Shown here in pieces: positions 18,672 to 29,020 of a stretch of 64,000 nt of DNA. Within the stretch, counting starts at the first letter, position 1, and every line of letters starts with the position of its first letter. The stretch is from an uncultured Bacilli bacterium (GTDB taxonomy: Bacteria > Bacillota_I > Bacilli_A > RF39 > UBA660), in the NCBI GenBank assembly GCA_944371325.1, contig CALVXO010000005.1:6441-70440 (forward strand), in the 5' to 3' direction. The notes beneath the pieces are model-generated. The model was not told where the DNA came from. It searched no databases and saw nothing but the letters and a program-made list of their open reading frames with translations. The position numbers were made by a program, and so were the translations under genes.

Positions 18672-18914
18672 GTAAGCTTCTAATATTTTATCTTGGAACA
18701 TCTTACGAGTTTCTTGGTTAATTGGATGACATATATCACGATATTCCCCATTTGCTTTTTGACGGCTAGGCATAGCGATGAATAAACCATCATTACCTTC
18801 GATAATTCTAATATCATGAATTGCAAAACAATCATCAATTAGAACAGATGCTTTTCCTCTCATTCTTGAATTTTCTTTTTCTTCTTTACGAACTGTAACT
18901 GATGTAATTTCCAT
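18657..18914 (-). CDS. spoVG: SpoVG family regulator
   Basis: MEITSVTVRK...ASVLIDDCFAIHDIRIIEGNDGLFIAMPSR...DICHPINQETR is the canonical SpoVG pattern. Confidence 0.95.
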   Translation of the reverse strand: MEITSVTVRKEEKENSRMRGKASVLIDDCFAIHDIRIIEGNDGLFIAMPSRQKANGEYRDICHPINQETRKMFQDKILEAYKNAE

Positions 18915-18946
18915 TTAAAAACCTCTCCCTTCAGTATTACAATTTA

Positions 18947-18975
18947 AGTATATCTTATTTTTTATAAAATTGCAA
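18947..18975 (-). promoter_or_regulatory. candidate sigma-A promoter for spoVG
   Basis: The minus strand reads TTGCAA (18970-18975), a 17-nt spacer, then TATACT (18947-18952). Confidence 0.4.
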
Positions 18976-18996
18976 TAGTTTAATTATTTTTTTTAA

Positions 18997-19540
18997 CTAT
19001 TTGACTCTTTCAATTGACTTTTTAGAATTTACAATTAATATTAAATTAGCTATTTCTTTTGAATAATATTTTTCAATTAATTTAAATAATTCTTCCTTGC
19101 TTTTAAAAATATTAAACACATCTTTATTATAAAATTTATTATTCCAACTCATATCATCACTAGATACAAATATTTTATCAATTGGAAATTCAATTATATC
19201 AATCAAATATTTCAAATGTTTAATAAAATTTTTTTATTTTTCTTGATATCTATATTTTCATTATCTAATGACACAAAATTAACATATCCAACTAAACCAA
19301 TATATCCATCTAATTGTTTTAATCTAATTAATTGTTCATCTGATAAATTCCTTTTATTATCACATTAAGATTTTACATTGGAATGAGAGGTAATTATATT
19401 AGAATATTTTTCTTTTTCTATAATATCTAAAACATCATAAAATGTTTTTTCATTTCTTGTATACTTATAAAACATAAATTAACAATTCTACCAATTACAT
19501 TATGATCATATTTTTTTAATTAATGTCTAAATTTATTTTT
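18997..19540 (-). pseudogene. membrane dipeptidase (peptidase M19) pseudogene, N-terminally truncated, with an internal stop and frameshifts
   Basis: Minus-strand frames read ...DHNVIGRIVNLCF / EKTFYDVLDIIEKEKYSNIITSHSNVKS*CDNKRNLSDEQLIRLKQLDGYIGLVGYVNF / FIKHLKYLIDIIEFPIDKIFVSSDDMS. This follows the M19 pattern (SHSN..R.l..h.RNlsDeql, GsDfDG). It needs one TAA readthrough and at least two frame changes, one of them in an A-run. About 130 N-terminal codons are missing. Confidence 0.6.
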
Positions 19541-19614
19541 TTATTAAAAATACAATAAAGTATCATTACTAAATCATAATGCATATCATAAAAATTTATA
19601 TTCTAATAATTATA

Positions 19615-20646
19615 TTACAAATTATTAGTTACATATTCTTCAATGTTAAAATATTTTACTTCATTTTTCTTAGATGTTGGATATTCATTATAACTACCGA
19701 CTTCAGTATATTCATCTACTTCTTTATTTTCAACTATATTTTCAAAGCAATCAATAATTGTTTTTCCATATTTAGACATAAATTCTTCTTTATTTCTGGT
19801 TGCAACATAAACTTTTAGTTTACTATCTAACATATTTTTAAGTTCTAATATAAGTGGCACATTATCAATATTATCTAAATAATAAGTCATTTCTATATTA
19901 GTATTAACTAATTGATTAATCATAATATTACTAATACTATTTAATCCCAATTTATTAATTACAAATATAGCTGTTTTTGATTGAATATTTGTCAAATCAA
20001 TATCATTACCACATAAATTATTTAATAATTGTTCCATTAAACAGTATGTATTTAATTTTTGTTTCATTACTGATATAATGCTCTCTCTTGTTTCCATAGG
20101 AGCATATACAACTGATGAACCAGCTTTATAAATAATATCGTTTATATCTAAATTATTGAAATATTTTTTTATAACAAATGTATCTTCTATTTTATGACTT
20201 CCTAAAGTAATCATAGTTTGAATACTTCCTAAATTAATTTCTTTAATACTTGCTTCTTTAAATAGTATTAAAGTAAGAGCTGTAAAATAATCTGCTGCTG
20301 AATTTTCCCAAAATGGATCAATATTTGAATTATCTGTTTTAAATATTTCTAATCCTAATTCAGTAATAGATTCAATTGCCTTATCAATATTACCATTTTT
20401 ATAGTAATTATATGGTACCATTAATGAATTAAAACTATTACTTTTAGAAGTATCTTTTAAGTTTAATACATAAACTTTATATCCATTATTATCTAATTCT
20501 TGTTTAAATGTTTTATAATATTCTTCCTTTTCATCTAGTATGAATAAATTTTCCTTATTTGCAATTGATTTTTTGAATTCGTTAAATAATATTCCCATTG
20601 TTTTTCCACTGTTAATTTTTCCTATTATTAAATTTGTATTTTTCAT
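19615..20646 (-). CDS. soluble P-loop NTPase resembling type IV coupling proteins (TraG/VirD4/TcpA family), Walker B degenerate
   Basis: Walker A is GKINSGKT. NIDPFWENSAADYFTALTLIL matches the T4CP d.fW...A..ll.a.il block. The C-terminal YLDNIDNVPLILELKNML...VATRNKEEFMSKYGK parallels llDEf..lg.ip...Qs..Ql...YG but has N for the Walker B Glu. No TM segments. SD is AGGAGG. Confidence 0.45.
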   Translation of the reverse strand: MKNTNLIIGKINSGKTMGILFNEFKKSIANKENLFILDEKEEYYKTFKQELDNNGYKVYVLNLKDTSKSNSFNSLMVPYNYYKNGNIDKAIESITELGLEIFKTDNSNIDPFWENSAADYFTALTLILFKEASIKEINLGSIQTMITLGSHKIEDTFVIKKYFNNLDINDIIYKAGSSVVYAPMETRESIISVMKQKLNTYCLMEQLLNNLCGNDIDLTNIQSKTAIFVINKLGLNSISNIMINQLVNTNIEMTYYLDNIDNVPLILELKNMLDSKLKVYVATRNKEEFMSKYGKTIIDCFENIVENKEVDEYTEVGSYNEYPTSKKNEVKYFNIEEYVTNNL

Positions 20647-20657
20647 CTTTCATCCTC

Positions 20658-21046
20658 CTAATATAAGCTTTTAACTTTTATATTTTTATTTGTTTTTTCA
20701 ATTTTATTTCTACCTATTTTACCATTAACTATATTACTTCTTAATTCATCAATCTTTTTTATAGCTTCTTTCTTATTTTCTATTTCTTCTATTAATTCAT
20801 TTTTCTTTTTTAAAAATAAATCATTACTAAAATTATCCCAATTATTTTTTATTTCTTCTAAAGAAAAACCAACTTCTTTTAATTCATTAATAAGTTTTAA
20901 ATCATCTAATTGATCTATAGTATAATAACGATAATTAGTAAATAAGTCTACTTCTTTTGGCTTAAATAAATCTATATCATCATAATATCTAAGTGTCCTT
21001 ATCGATAAACCCGATAAATTAGAAAAATCTCCTATTTTATAAAGCA
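20658..21046 (-). CDS. MerR-family transcriptional regulator
   Basis: MLYKIGDFSNLSGLSIRTLRYYDDIDLFKP...YRYYT is the MerR HTH, followed by a coiled coil. The ATG at 21044-21046 follows SD GGGTGAT. Confidence 0.85.
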
Positions 21047-21094
21047 TAATTATCACCCAGTTTTTAGTATATTAAATATTATATCATATATTTC

Positions 21095-21256
21095 TTAATT
21101 ATGAAAGTTATATGGTTTTCTATTTAGTGTTAAAATTTTAACTTTTTGTTTTACCTTATGCTCTTCTAAATTATTTTTCCCTATTATATTCGGTAATTCA
21201 TTTAACAAAAAACTTCTCATGTTTTTAAGTATAATTATTTTTTCATTTTTACTCAT
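21095..21256 (-). CDS. possible small protein (53 aa), not in the supplied ORF track
   Basis: The ATG at 21254-21256 is preceded by a strong SD, GAGGAGGGA. It reads MSKNEKIIILKNMRSFLLNELPNIIGKNNLEEHKVKQKVKILTLNRKPYNFHN. No family recognised. Confidence 0.3.
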   Translation of the reverse strand: MSKNEKIIILKNMRSFLLNELPNIIGKNNLEEHKVKQKVKILTLNRKPYNFHN

Positions 21257-21308
21257 AGTATCCCTCCTCACTTAAACTATAACACTCTAGTTAAATGTAA
21301 AGTCAATA

Positions 21309-21331
21309 CAAAAAACACTTTTTTAGTGTTT
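21309..21331 (-). terminator. rho-independent terminator after veg
   Basis: The minus strand reads AAACAC-TAAAAAA-GTGTTT followed by TTTG. Confidence 0.45.
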
Positions 21332-21339
21332 CAATACAA

Positions 21340-21549
21340 TTAATAATCTATTTTAATTGTTTTAGTTATTACATCTGTATATGTAAATGATTTCTTTGAA
21401 TTATTATTTAATTCCACTAAAAAAACATTTTCATATAATTCTTTAATAGTTACTTTATATTTTTCATATTTATTTCTTCCTAAATTATATTTGATAGTTA
21501 CTTCTTCTCCAATATAATCATTTAGTTTACCTCTTACTTGCCCTATCAT
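21340..21549 (-). CDS. veg: Veg family protein
   Basis: The 69-aa product has L..yiG..v.ik.nlGRnK......I.e.Y...F.vel.....SFtY.Dv.T....I, as in B. subtilis Veg. It sits directly downstream of yabG, as in Bacillus. Confidence 0.8.
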   Translation of the reverse strand: MIGQVRGKLNDYIGEEVTIKYNLGRNKYEKYKVTIKELYENVFLVELNNNSKKSFTYTDVITKTIKIDY

Positions 21550-22325
21550 CTTGGATACCCCGTATACATTGTTCCTTTAGTAATAACGCCACCTATACCA
21601 TTTTTTCCATACTTTGTATTTTCAATTATATCTTTTAAATCAATATCTTTTCTAACATCTGATAAACTCATTTTAGTTGCTATTATAGCTGGATCTAAAG
21701 CATGAATATTAACTCGTTTAGGAGAAGATGCAAAATTAGCACCTGCTTTTATTAATTCTTCATAATCCGATTGACATGCGCCTGCTATTATAATTAGTTT
21801 ATCATGACTTTTTTCAAACTTTCTCGCTTCTTTAATTGCTTTTACAAAATTATTACTATTTTTATAAGCACTTAAATTATTTTGACTACCTTTTTTCTTG
21901 TAATAAGCATCATGCCCTGTTATAACAATTATATTAGGGTTATATTCTTCTAACCAATCTTTAATATATAAAGGTACATTTTCTTCTGTTTCATTTATTC
22001 CCATAGCCCATATATTAGCTTCTTTATAATAATCTAAACATCTATTTAAATAATCTAAGTCACTATCAATATGTAATATCTTACCAGGTATATAAAAGTA
22101 ATCATCTCTATTTAAATCAATATTAGGTTTTACTCTCGCTTCAAATTCTTTTTCTTCTTCATCAACACTTTCAAATTTAACTAAGTCATCTTCAAAACTA
22201 TCGGCACATAATCTAATATTCACACCTTTTAGATAATAAACATTATCAATTATATCTGTTACTTTAAATACAGTATCATGATTATAAGATTTTCTAGTTA
22301 CTAAATCACCTATGTCAAATTTCAT
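21546..22325 (-). CDS. yabG: sporulation-specific protease YabG (peptidase U57)
   Basis: MKFDIGDLVTRKSYNHDTVFKV...IRLCADSFEDDLV parallels B. subtilis YabG MQFQIGDMVARKSY...RLIADS. Also has the blocks GKILHIDSD and VITGHDAY. Overlaps veg by 4 nt. Confidence 0.85.
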   Translation of the reverse strand: MKFDIGDLVTRKSYNHDTVFKVTDIIDNVYYLKGVNIRLCADSFEDDLVKFESVDEEEKEFEARVKPNIDLNRDDYFYIPGKILHIDSDLDYLNRCLDYYKEANIWAMGINETEENVPLYIKDWLEEYNPNIIVITGHDAYYKKKGSQNNLSAYKNSNNFVKAIKEARKFEKSHDKLIIIAGACQSDYEELIKAGANFASSPKRVNIHALDPAIIATKMSLSDVRKDIDLKDIIENTKYGKNGIGGVITKGTMYTGYPR

Positions 22326-22399
22326 GTAATCACCTATAAAATTATATGTATCTGAATTAAAAATAGACTATTTAAAAATAGAAAAATTTTGGTATTTTT

Positions 22400-22700
22400 A
22401 CAAAAATAATATGGAATGAGCAGATCTTCCACTATTAACCACACCTAATTTATCTCTCTTACCATCAGTATATGTTCCATACTTACTATGATAAAGTTAA
22501 GTTATTGTCTATCATTCTATATTTTTTATCAAGTGACTATCACCACTTATTACAAATTTGTCGATCCAAAAAAAATTAATTCTTGTTTATCAAAAGTGAA
22601 TACAGGATGAGTATCCCAATTTCCATTAACAGCATTTGCCAATTCTTTAGAATTATAATCATACCATTTCTTTTTTATATCTCATATTCTCATTTTACAT
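22400..22700 (-). pseudogene. decayed remnant of a paralogue of the C-terminal domain of the adjacent 694-aa pilin-like protein
   Basis: The minus strand reads KKWYDYNSKELANAVNGNWDTHPVFTFDKQELIFFWIDKFVISGDSHLIKNIE**TIT*LYHSKYGTYTDG.... This matches the intact neighbour (EWYDYDKKEWANAV...THPAFTFDNNELTGFWVGKFEISG...GDSHMMKNMEWGAVFYLSHSKYGTCTNG). It has internal deletions and three stops. Confidence 0.55.
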
Positions 22701-22796
22701 TTTCTATGATAATCTTTTTAAGTAAGTATATAAATATATCAATTTATTTATCAAAACCGACTGATTTACATTTATATTATAATAAAGCAATTAAAA

Positions 22797-24881
22797 CTAT
22801 TGTTTTTTTAATAATATAGCTCTGGTTGATAGCCAATCACCAGAAGCACCTGTTGTGCTACTAAAATAAGCTAATCCTGTAAATTTAACATCTCCTTGAT
22901 ATCCACCGCGAATAAACCAAGAATAATTAGAAGAAGGAAAAGCAGTATAATCTTCATACCAACCACTATATGCTCCCGAAGATGTAGTTAACGTTTCTTT
23001 TGTCCCATCACCCAGTTTACCTCGACTATGAGTAGTATAAATAGAAGTGTTATATGTGTAAGAATCATAATATTTACTTTCTGGAGCTTTACTTAACCCA
23101 GAATCACTAGAATAAAACAATCCATTACTATTTACAATATTTGCCATCACATATTCATATGCACCACCAGCCATATCATATACTCCATATATATTTTGCG
23201 TTGTACTTGCTAACATTCCAGTCGTTGTGTTGTAAGCATTACATGTACTAGAAGCTGCACTTGATGCTACTGCACCACATCCTGTTATATAATTACTATT
23301 ATTATTTATTCCTACTTCTACACAAATACCATTTGTACAAGTTCCATATTTACTATGAGATAAATAGAATACTGCACCCCATTCCATATTTTTCATCATA
23401 TGACTATCTCCATTTAATGAATGTGTTGTACTCATATTTTTAATCGCATTGAAAAATGATGCTACGGTTTGATTTCGTAAACTACTTACATTTGGTTTTA
23501 TTGTTATTTTATCAATACTACCACTTATTTCAAATTTTCCTACCCAAAATCCTGTTAATTCATTATTATCAAATGTAAAGGCTGGATGAGTATAAGTACT
23601 TGTTCCATTTACTATACTTCCGTTTATTACATCAGTACATGTTTCACTACTCGTTCCAGATCCACTTACTACATCGACACATTTTACTGTGCCACTACTA
23701 TTTGTTCCACTTTCAAACTGTATTTGAATTTCTAACGGATTTATGCCTCCGTTATTTCCATTAAATATTGTATATGTATATCGTGGTATCCATACATACC
23801 ATAAATCTATATCTTCTTCATTTACTACTTCGCCAACATTTTTAGTAGTATTTAATACTACTGCATTAGCCCATTCTTTCTTATCATAATCATACCATTC
23901 TTGTGTTTTATCTGCTACTATCCAGTTATCATTTTCATATTTGATTGGTACCATGTTATCTAATAATTCTGGACTATTTGCTCCGCTATTATCTTTATAA
24001 TCTTCAGCAATTTCATCTTCCTTAAAAATTTTGATCATTCTTCTTTTAGTAGTACAATTATTATTACTATCACATGCTTTATATTCTATTATTTTATCAG
24101 TTGGTAGCCTATCAAATCCTCTAGTTTCAACATTTATCGTTTCACCACTATTATCAGTAACAGTTACACCTTTTAACAAATCAAATGAAGATAACTCTTC
24201 TTTTTTCAACGTAATTGTTCCAGGTGTTATTAAATTAGGTGGAGTTGTATCTCTTATCACTACTGTTCTAGTAACCTTTGAAGTAAAACCATCACTTGTC
24301 GCACTATAAATAGCTGTATAAGTTTTAAATTGTGATACATCTATACTTCCTACTTCTGTACCATTTTCTTGATATATTATGTTTACTTCTACTTCAGATC
24401 CATTTTTATCTATAGCTTTAGCACCTTTTTCTTCATAAACTCCATTTATTTCAATATACTCGATATAATTACCATTTAATATTATCGTAGGAGCATTTTG
24501 ATTAAATTCATTATCAATACCCATTCCACTATTACCATCAACAACTATGTCATAATTATTATTTTTTAAAGTTATTGTTATTACCATATCATTTGGGAGT
24601 AATTCTCCTGTTTTCGGATTTCTAGCATCTAATGATACAAAACCAGCTTTTTTTAATTCTAATAAAGTTACTGTAATTGTATCATTTTCTGTTGTGGGTA
24701 GCATATTTATATTTGCATATGCCCATTTCTCTGCTGACATTTTTATTTCTTCTAATTGTGAATTATATAATTTTTCCTTATTTTCTTTAATCGTATTATT
24801 TATTATTGGAAATGTTATTAACGCTATTACTCCTAATACAATAATTACTCCTAATAATTCTGCTAAAGTAAAACCCTTCAT
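22797..24881 (-). CDS. large (694 aa) prepilin-type protein: pilin N-terminus, Ig-like (DUF5011-like) modules and a C-terminal FGE-sulfatase/SUMF1-like domain
   Basis: The N-terminus MKGFTLAELLGVIIVLGVIALITFPI is a class III signal plus helix. The middle has APTIILNGN.. and TPPNLITPG.. Ig-like units. The C-terminal blocks IYGVYDMAGGAYEYV and WFIRGGY...STRAIL resemble GlyDMsGNvwEWv and RGGsw...gFR. SD is AGGTGAT. Confidence 0.7.
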   Translation of the reverse strand: MKGFTLAELLGVIIVLGVIALITFPIINNTIKENKEKLYNSQLEEIKMSAEKWAYANINMLPTTENDTITVTLLELKKAGFVSLDARNPKTGELLPNDMVITITLKNNNYDIVVDGNSGMGIDNEFNQNAPTIILNGNYIEYIEINGVYEEKGAKAIDKNGSEVEVNIIYQENGTEVGSIDVSQFKTYTAIYSATSDGFTSKVTRTVVIRDTTPPNLITPGTITLKKEELSSFDLLKGVTVTDNSGETINVETRGFDRLPTDKIIEYKACDSNNNCTTKRRMIKIFKEDEIAEDYKDNSGANSPELLDNMVPIKYENDNWIVADKTQEWYDYDKKEWANAVVLNTTKNVGEVVNEEDIDLWYVWIPRYTYTIFNGNNGGINPLEIQIQFESGTNSSGTVKCVDVVSGSGTSSETCTDVINGSIVNGTSTYTHPAFTFDNNELTGFWVGKFEISGSIDKITIKPNVSSLRNQTVASFFNAIKNMSTTHSLNGDSHMMKNMEWGAVFYLSHSKYGTCTNGICVEVGINNNSNYITGCGAVASSAASSTCNAYNTTTGMLASTTQNIYGVYDMAGGAYEYVMANIVNSNGLFYSSDSGLSKAPESKYYDSYTYNTSIYTTHSRGKLGDGTKETLTTSSGAYSGWYEDYTAFPSSNYSWFIRGGYQGDVKFTGLAYFSSTTGASGDWLSTRAILLKKQ

Positions 24882-24924
24882 CTATTATCACCTAATTTAA
24901 TTATACATTTTAATATTTACCAAG

Positions 24925-25545
24925 TCAATTTTTTTTGATAATAAATGTTTTATTTTTGGTATAAAAAGCATAAAATACTTCTTCTAATTTCAATTTGTTT
25001 TTATCCAAAATATCATAAACCCAATTTAAATCTTTTTTCATATTTTTTATTGTGTCCACATCAATTGTCCCATCTATTATAATTGGCATAGGATACGTGT
25101 TGTCATCACTAAAAACAGATAATTTACCATTGTTTTCTAATATAGCATAATTAACATCATTAATATTTTTTATACCTTGTTCTCTTAATTGTGATATTAA
25201 ATCATCTAAACTATATCTAATTTTTTGCATTTGTTTAAAATCAACTTTACCTTTATTTATTATTACTTGCGGATTACCATCAATAAATTTTCTAAACTTA
25301 TTACTTTTTAAAGCTATATAACTTAAACTTATTTGTAATATTACCAATATTGCTATAGGAATTAAAGAAACAAAAATAGATCTATCAACTTCCTCTATAC
25401 TCATTGCTGCTAATTCAGCTATTAAAATTGAAACTATTAAATCGATTATACCTAATTGTCCTACTTCTTTTTTTCCCATTACTCTATAACATATAGCTAT
25501 ATAAACATACAAGACTAAAGTTTTAAATATAATATTAAAATACAT
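24925..25545 (-). CDS. DUF421 (YetF-like) membrane protein
   Basis: YRVMGKKEVGQLGIIDLIVSILIAELAA is the DUF421 N-terminal signature. Start taken as the ATG at 25543-25545 after SD AGGTGAT. Confidence 0.75.
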   Translation of the reverse strand: MYFNIIFKTLVLYVYIAICYRVMGKKEVGQLGIIDLIVSILIAELAAMSIEEVDRSIFVSLIPIAILVILQISLSYIALKSNKFRKFIDGNPQVIINKGKVDFKQMQKIRYSLDDLISQLREQGIKNINDVNYAILENNGKLSVFSDDNTYPMPIIIDGTIDVDTIKNMKKDLNWVYDILDKNKLKLEEVFYAFYTKNKTFIIKKN

Positions 25546-25619
25546 TTTTATCACCTATTATCATTATGAAATAAGTTCTATTTTTTTATACATAATCATA
25601 ATAATTATTAGGTGATATC

Positions 25620-27103
<1,484 letters not shown>

Positions 27104-27191
27104 CTATGTAATTATAACTTAAAATAATAAATTTGACAAGGATATATTTTTATGTTATTATAATTCCCGTATTTTGAAGGGGGAGTTTAAA

Positions 27192-27752
27192 ATGGTTTTC
27201 AATAATGATAATACAATTAATTTTGATACGCTTATAACAAAGGAAAATCTATTTGAATTAAATGTGGATGACATAGATTTTATTAATAAAGAAAGTCTAT
27301 ATCATGCAAATTATTTAAGACAATCTTATGATCAAGAATATTTAAAAAACTTTTTAGTTAAAAGAGCTCGTGAAATTTCTAGTTTAGGATATAAATATAG
27401 AAATAAAAATGAAACAATAAAAGAATTGATTGCCGCTAATATTGTTTTTAACGACGATGAAGCATTTATCAAAGCATTACTTTCTAAAGGAATTAAATTT
27501 TTTAAATTGTATTCATATTTAAGACTTATCTCAAATGTTAAGAAAAATAATGATCTTGAAATAGATTCAAATAGAGATATCGAAGTAGCTAAAAGTCAAA
27601 TAAAGTATTTGTGTTGTGTAATAAGATATTATTTTGGAGTTAAGGATTTTAATTTAATAATAGCAAAATTAAACGAAGTTATTATTTTAAAAGGAAATTT
27701 ATATAAAAAATTAGAAGAAGAACAATTTGGTCCAAAAGTTAAAACACGTTAA
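27192..27752 (+). CDS. hypothetical 186-aa protein
   Basis: The ATG at 27192 follows SD GAAGGGGGAG. No family recognised. Confidence 0.5.
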   Translation: MVFNNDNTINFDTLITKENLFELNVDDIDFINKESLYHANYLRQSYDQEYLKNFLVKRAREISSLGYKYRNKNETIKELIAANIVFNDDEAFIKALLSKGIKFFKLYSYLRLISNVKKNNDLEIDSNRDIEVAKSQIKYLCCVIRYYFGVKDFNLIIAKLNEVIILKGNLYKKLEEEQFGPKVKTR

Positions 27753-27778
27753 AAAGAAGTTAAATTTAACTTCTTTTT
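27751..27778. terminator. bidirectional terminator, 28-nt perfect palindrome
   Basis: AAAAAGAAGTTAAATTTAACTTCTTTTT lies between two convergent stops. Confidence 0.65.
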
Positions 27779-29007
27779 TATATAACATCATTTATTTTAT
27801 CTAAATTCATTGCTCTACTACCTTTTATATAAATAAGACAATTATCTAATTTATTCTTGCTTAAATAATCTTTTATATCTTCTATACAATTAAAATGAAT
27901 TCCATTAATATATTTAGTATAATTCCCAATTAATAAAATTTTTTTATTTTTTAGTTTTTTTAAATATTTATTTATTTTTTTATGATATTTAATACTAAAA
28001 TTTCCTAATTCCAACATATCACCTAAAATAATATATTTAAACTGTTTAATATTTTTTAATACTTTCAAACCACCTATTAATGATTCAAAACTACTATTAT
28101 AACTATCATCTATAACTGTGTATTTCCCTTTTATTACATTTAATCTTCCTTCAATGCCTTGATATTCACTTATTGCTTGACTAATTAATTTTAAATCAAT
28201 ATTAAAAATCAATCCGACTTTAATTGCTAGGAAAACATCATCTAATAAATGTTTATACGAATTAAAAATAAAATGAACATTACCTATATCAAATTCTTGA
28301 ATTAAACCATATTTTATATTTTTTACTTTTAATTCTTTTTCATTTACTTTAATAGTTTTTTTTGTTTTTTTTAAATATTTATCATTTTTATTAACAATTA
28401 AAATTCCATTTAATCCATCTTTAAGTTCTAATTTTGCCTTTAAAATGTTTCGTTTACTACCTAAATTACCTATATGAGCACTACCTATATTAGTGATTAT
28501 GCCATAATTAGGATTACACATTTTAGATAAATAAGAAATTTCGCCTAAATGATTCATTCCTAATTCAGTTACTGCTACATCATAAGTGTTATCTAAATTT
28601 AATAAAGTTAATGGTAAACCAATATGATTATTTTGATTTTTATTTGATTTTAAAACTTTATACTTTTTACTTAAAACTAAATATATTAACTCTTTAGTTG
28701 TTGTTTTTCCTACACTTCCTGTAATAGCAATCAAAGGAATATTATAAAAATTTCTAATATAATGAGCAATTTTACCTAAAGCTATAACACTATCGTCTAC
28801 TTTAATGCTTGGATATTCTATTTCTTTTTCGCTTATTATTGCAACGGCGCCATTATTAATAGCTTCATCTATATAATTATGTCCTTTATTAATTGCTAGA
28901 AATAAATCACCTTGTTTAATTTCATTAGAATTTACTCTTATTTTATTAAATTCAACATCTTTATTTATTTTACCATTTAAAAAATGATTTATTTCACTTA
29001 ATTTCAA
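27778..29007 (-). CDS. murF: UDP-N-acetylmuramoyl-tripeptide--D-alanyl-D-alanine ligase (MurF), short form
   Basis: Mur ligase P-loop ITGSVGKTTTKE, then NHIGLPLTLL, ELGMNHLGEI and ITNIGSAHIG. Start probably the TTG at 29005-29007, 5 nt after SD AGGTGA. Confidence 0.8.
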   Translation of the reverse strand: MKLSEINHFLNGKINKDVEFNKIRVNSNEIKQGDLFLAINKGHNYIDEAINNGAVAIISEKEIEYPSIKVDDSVIALGKIAHYIRNFYNIPLIAITGSVGKTTTKELIYLVLSKKYKVLKSNKNQNNHIGLPLTLLNLDNTYDVAVTELGMNHLGEISYLSKMCNPNYGIITNIGSAHIGNLGSKRNILKAKLELKDGLNGILIVNKNDKYLKKTKKTIKVNEKELKVKNIKYGLIQEFDIGNVHFIFNSYKHLLDDVFLAIKVGLIFNIDLKLISQAISEYQGIEGRLNVIKGKYTVIDDSYNSSFESLIGGLKVLKNIKQFKYIILGDMLELGNFSIKYHKKINKYLKKLKNKKILLIGNYTKYINGIHFNCIEDIKDYLSKNKLDNCLIYIKGSRAMNLDKINDVI

Positions 29008-29020
29008 CGTTATCACCTAT

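Noticed and set aside
19579-19818. 79-aa plus-strand ORF overlapping the 3' end of the NTPase gene
   Set aside because: It is Ile/Phe-rich low-complexity sequence with no SD, antisense to a better-supported gene.
18915-22800. An intact mobile element or prophage around the MerR/NTPase insertion and the pilin remnant
   Set aside because: There is no integrase, transposase, recombinase, phage structural gene or flanking direct or inverted repeat. Only remnants are present, so I report a synteny break rather than a mobile element.
22583-22819. 78-aa plus-strand ORF between yabG and the large pilin-like gene
   Set aside because: The opposite strand carries recognisable, though decayed, homology to the pilin-like C-terminal domain. 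The plus-strand reading is low-complexity sequence without an SD.
23261-24900. Three plus-strand ORFs (23261-23443, 24031-24309, 24694-24900) inside the 694-aa pilin-like gene
   Set aside because: All three are antisense to one long uninterrupted ORF with clear domain signatures. None has an SD.
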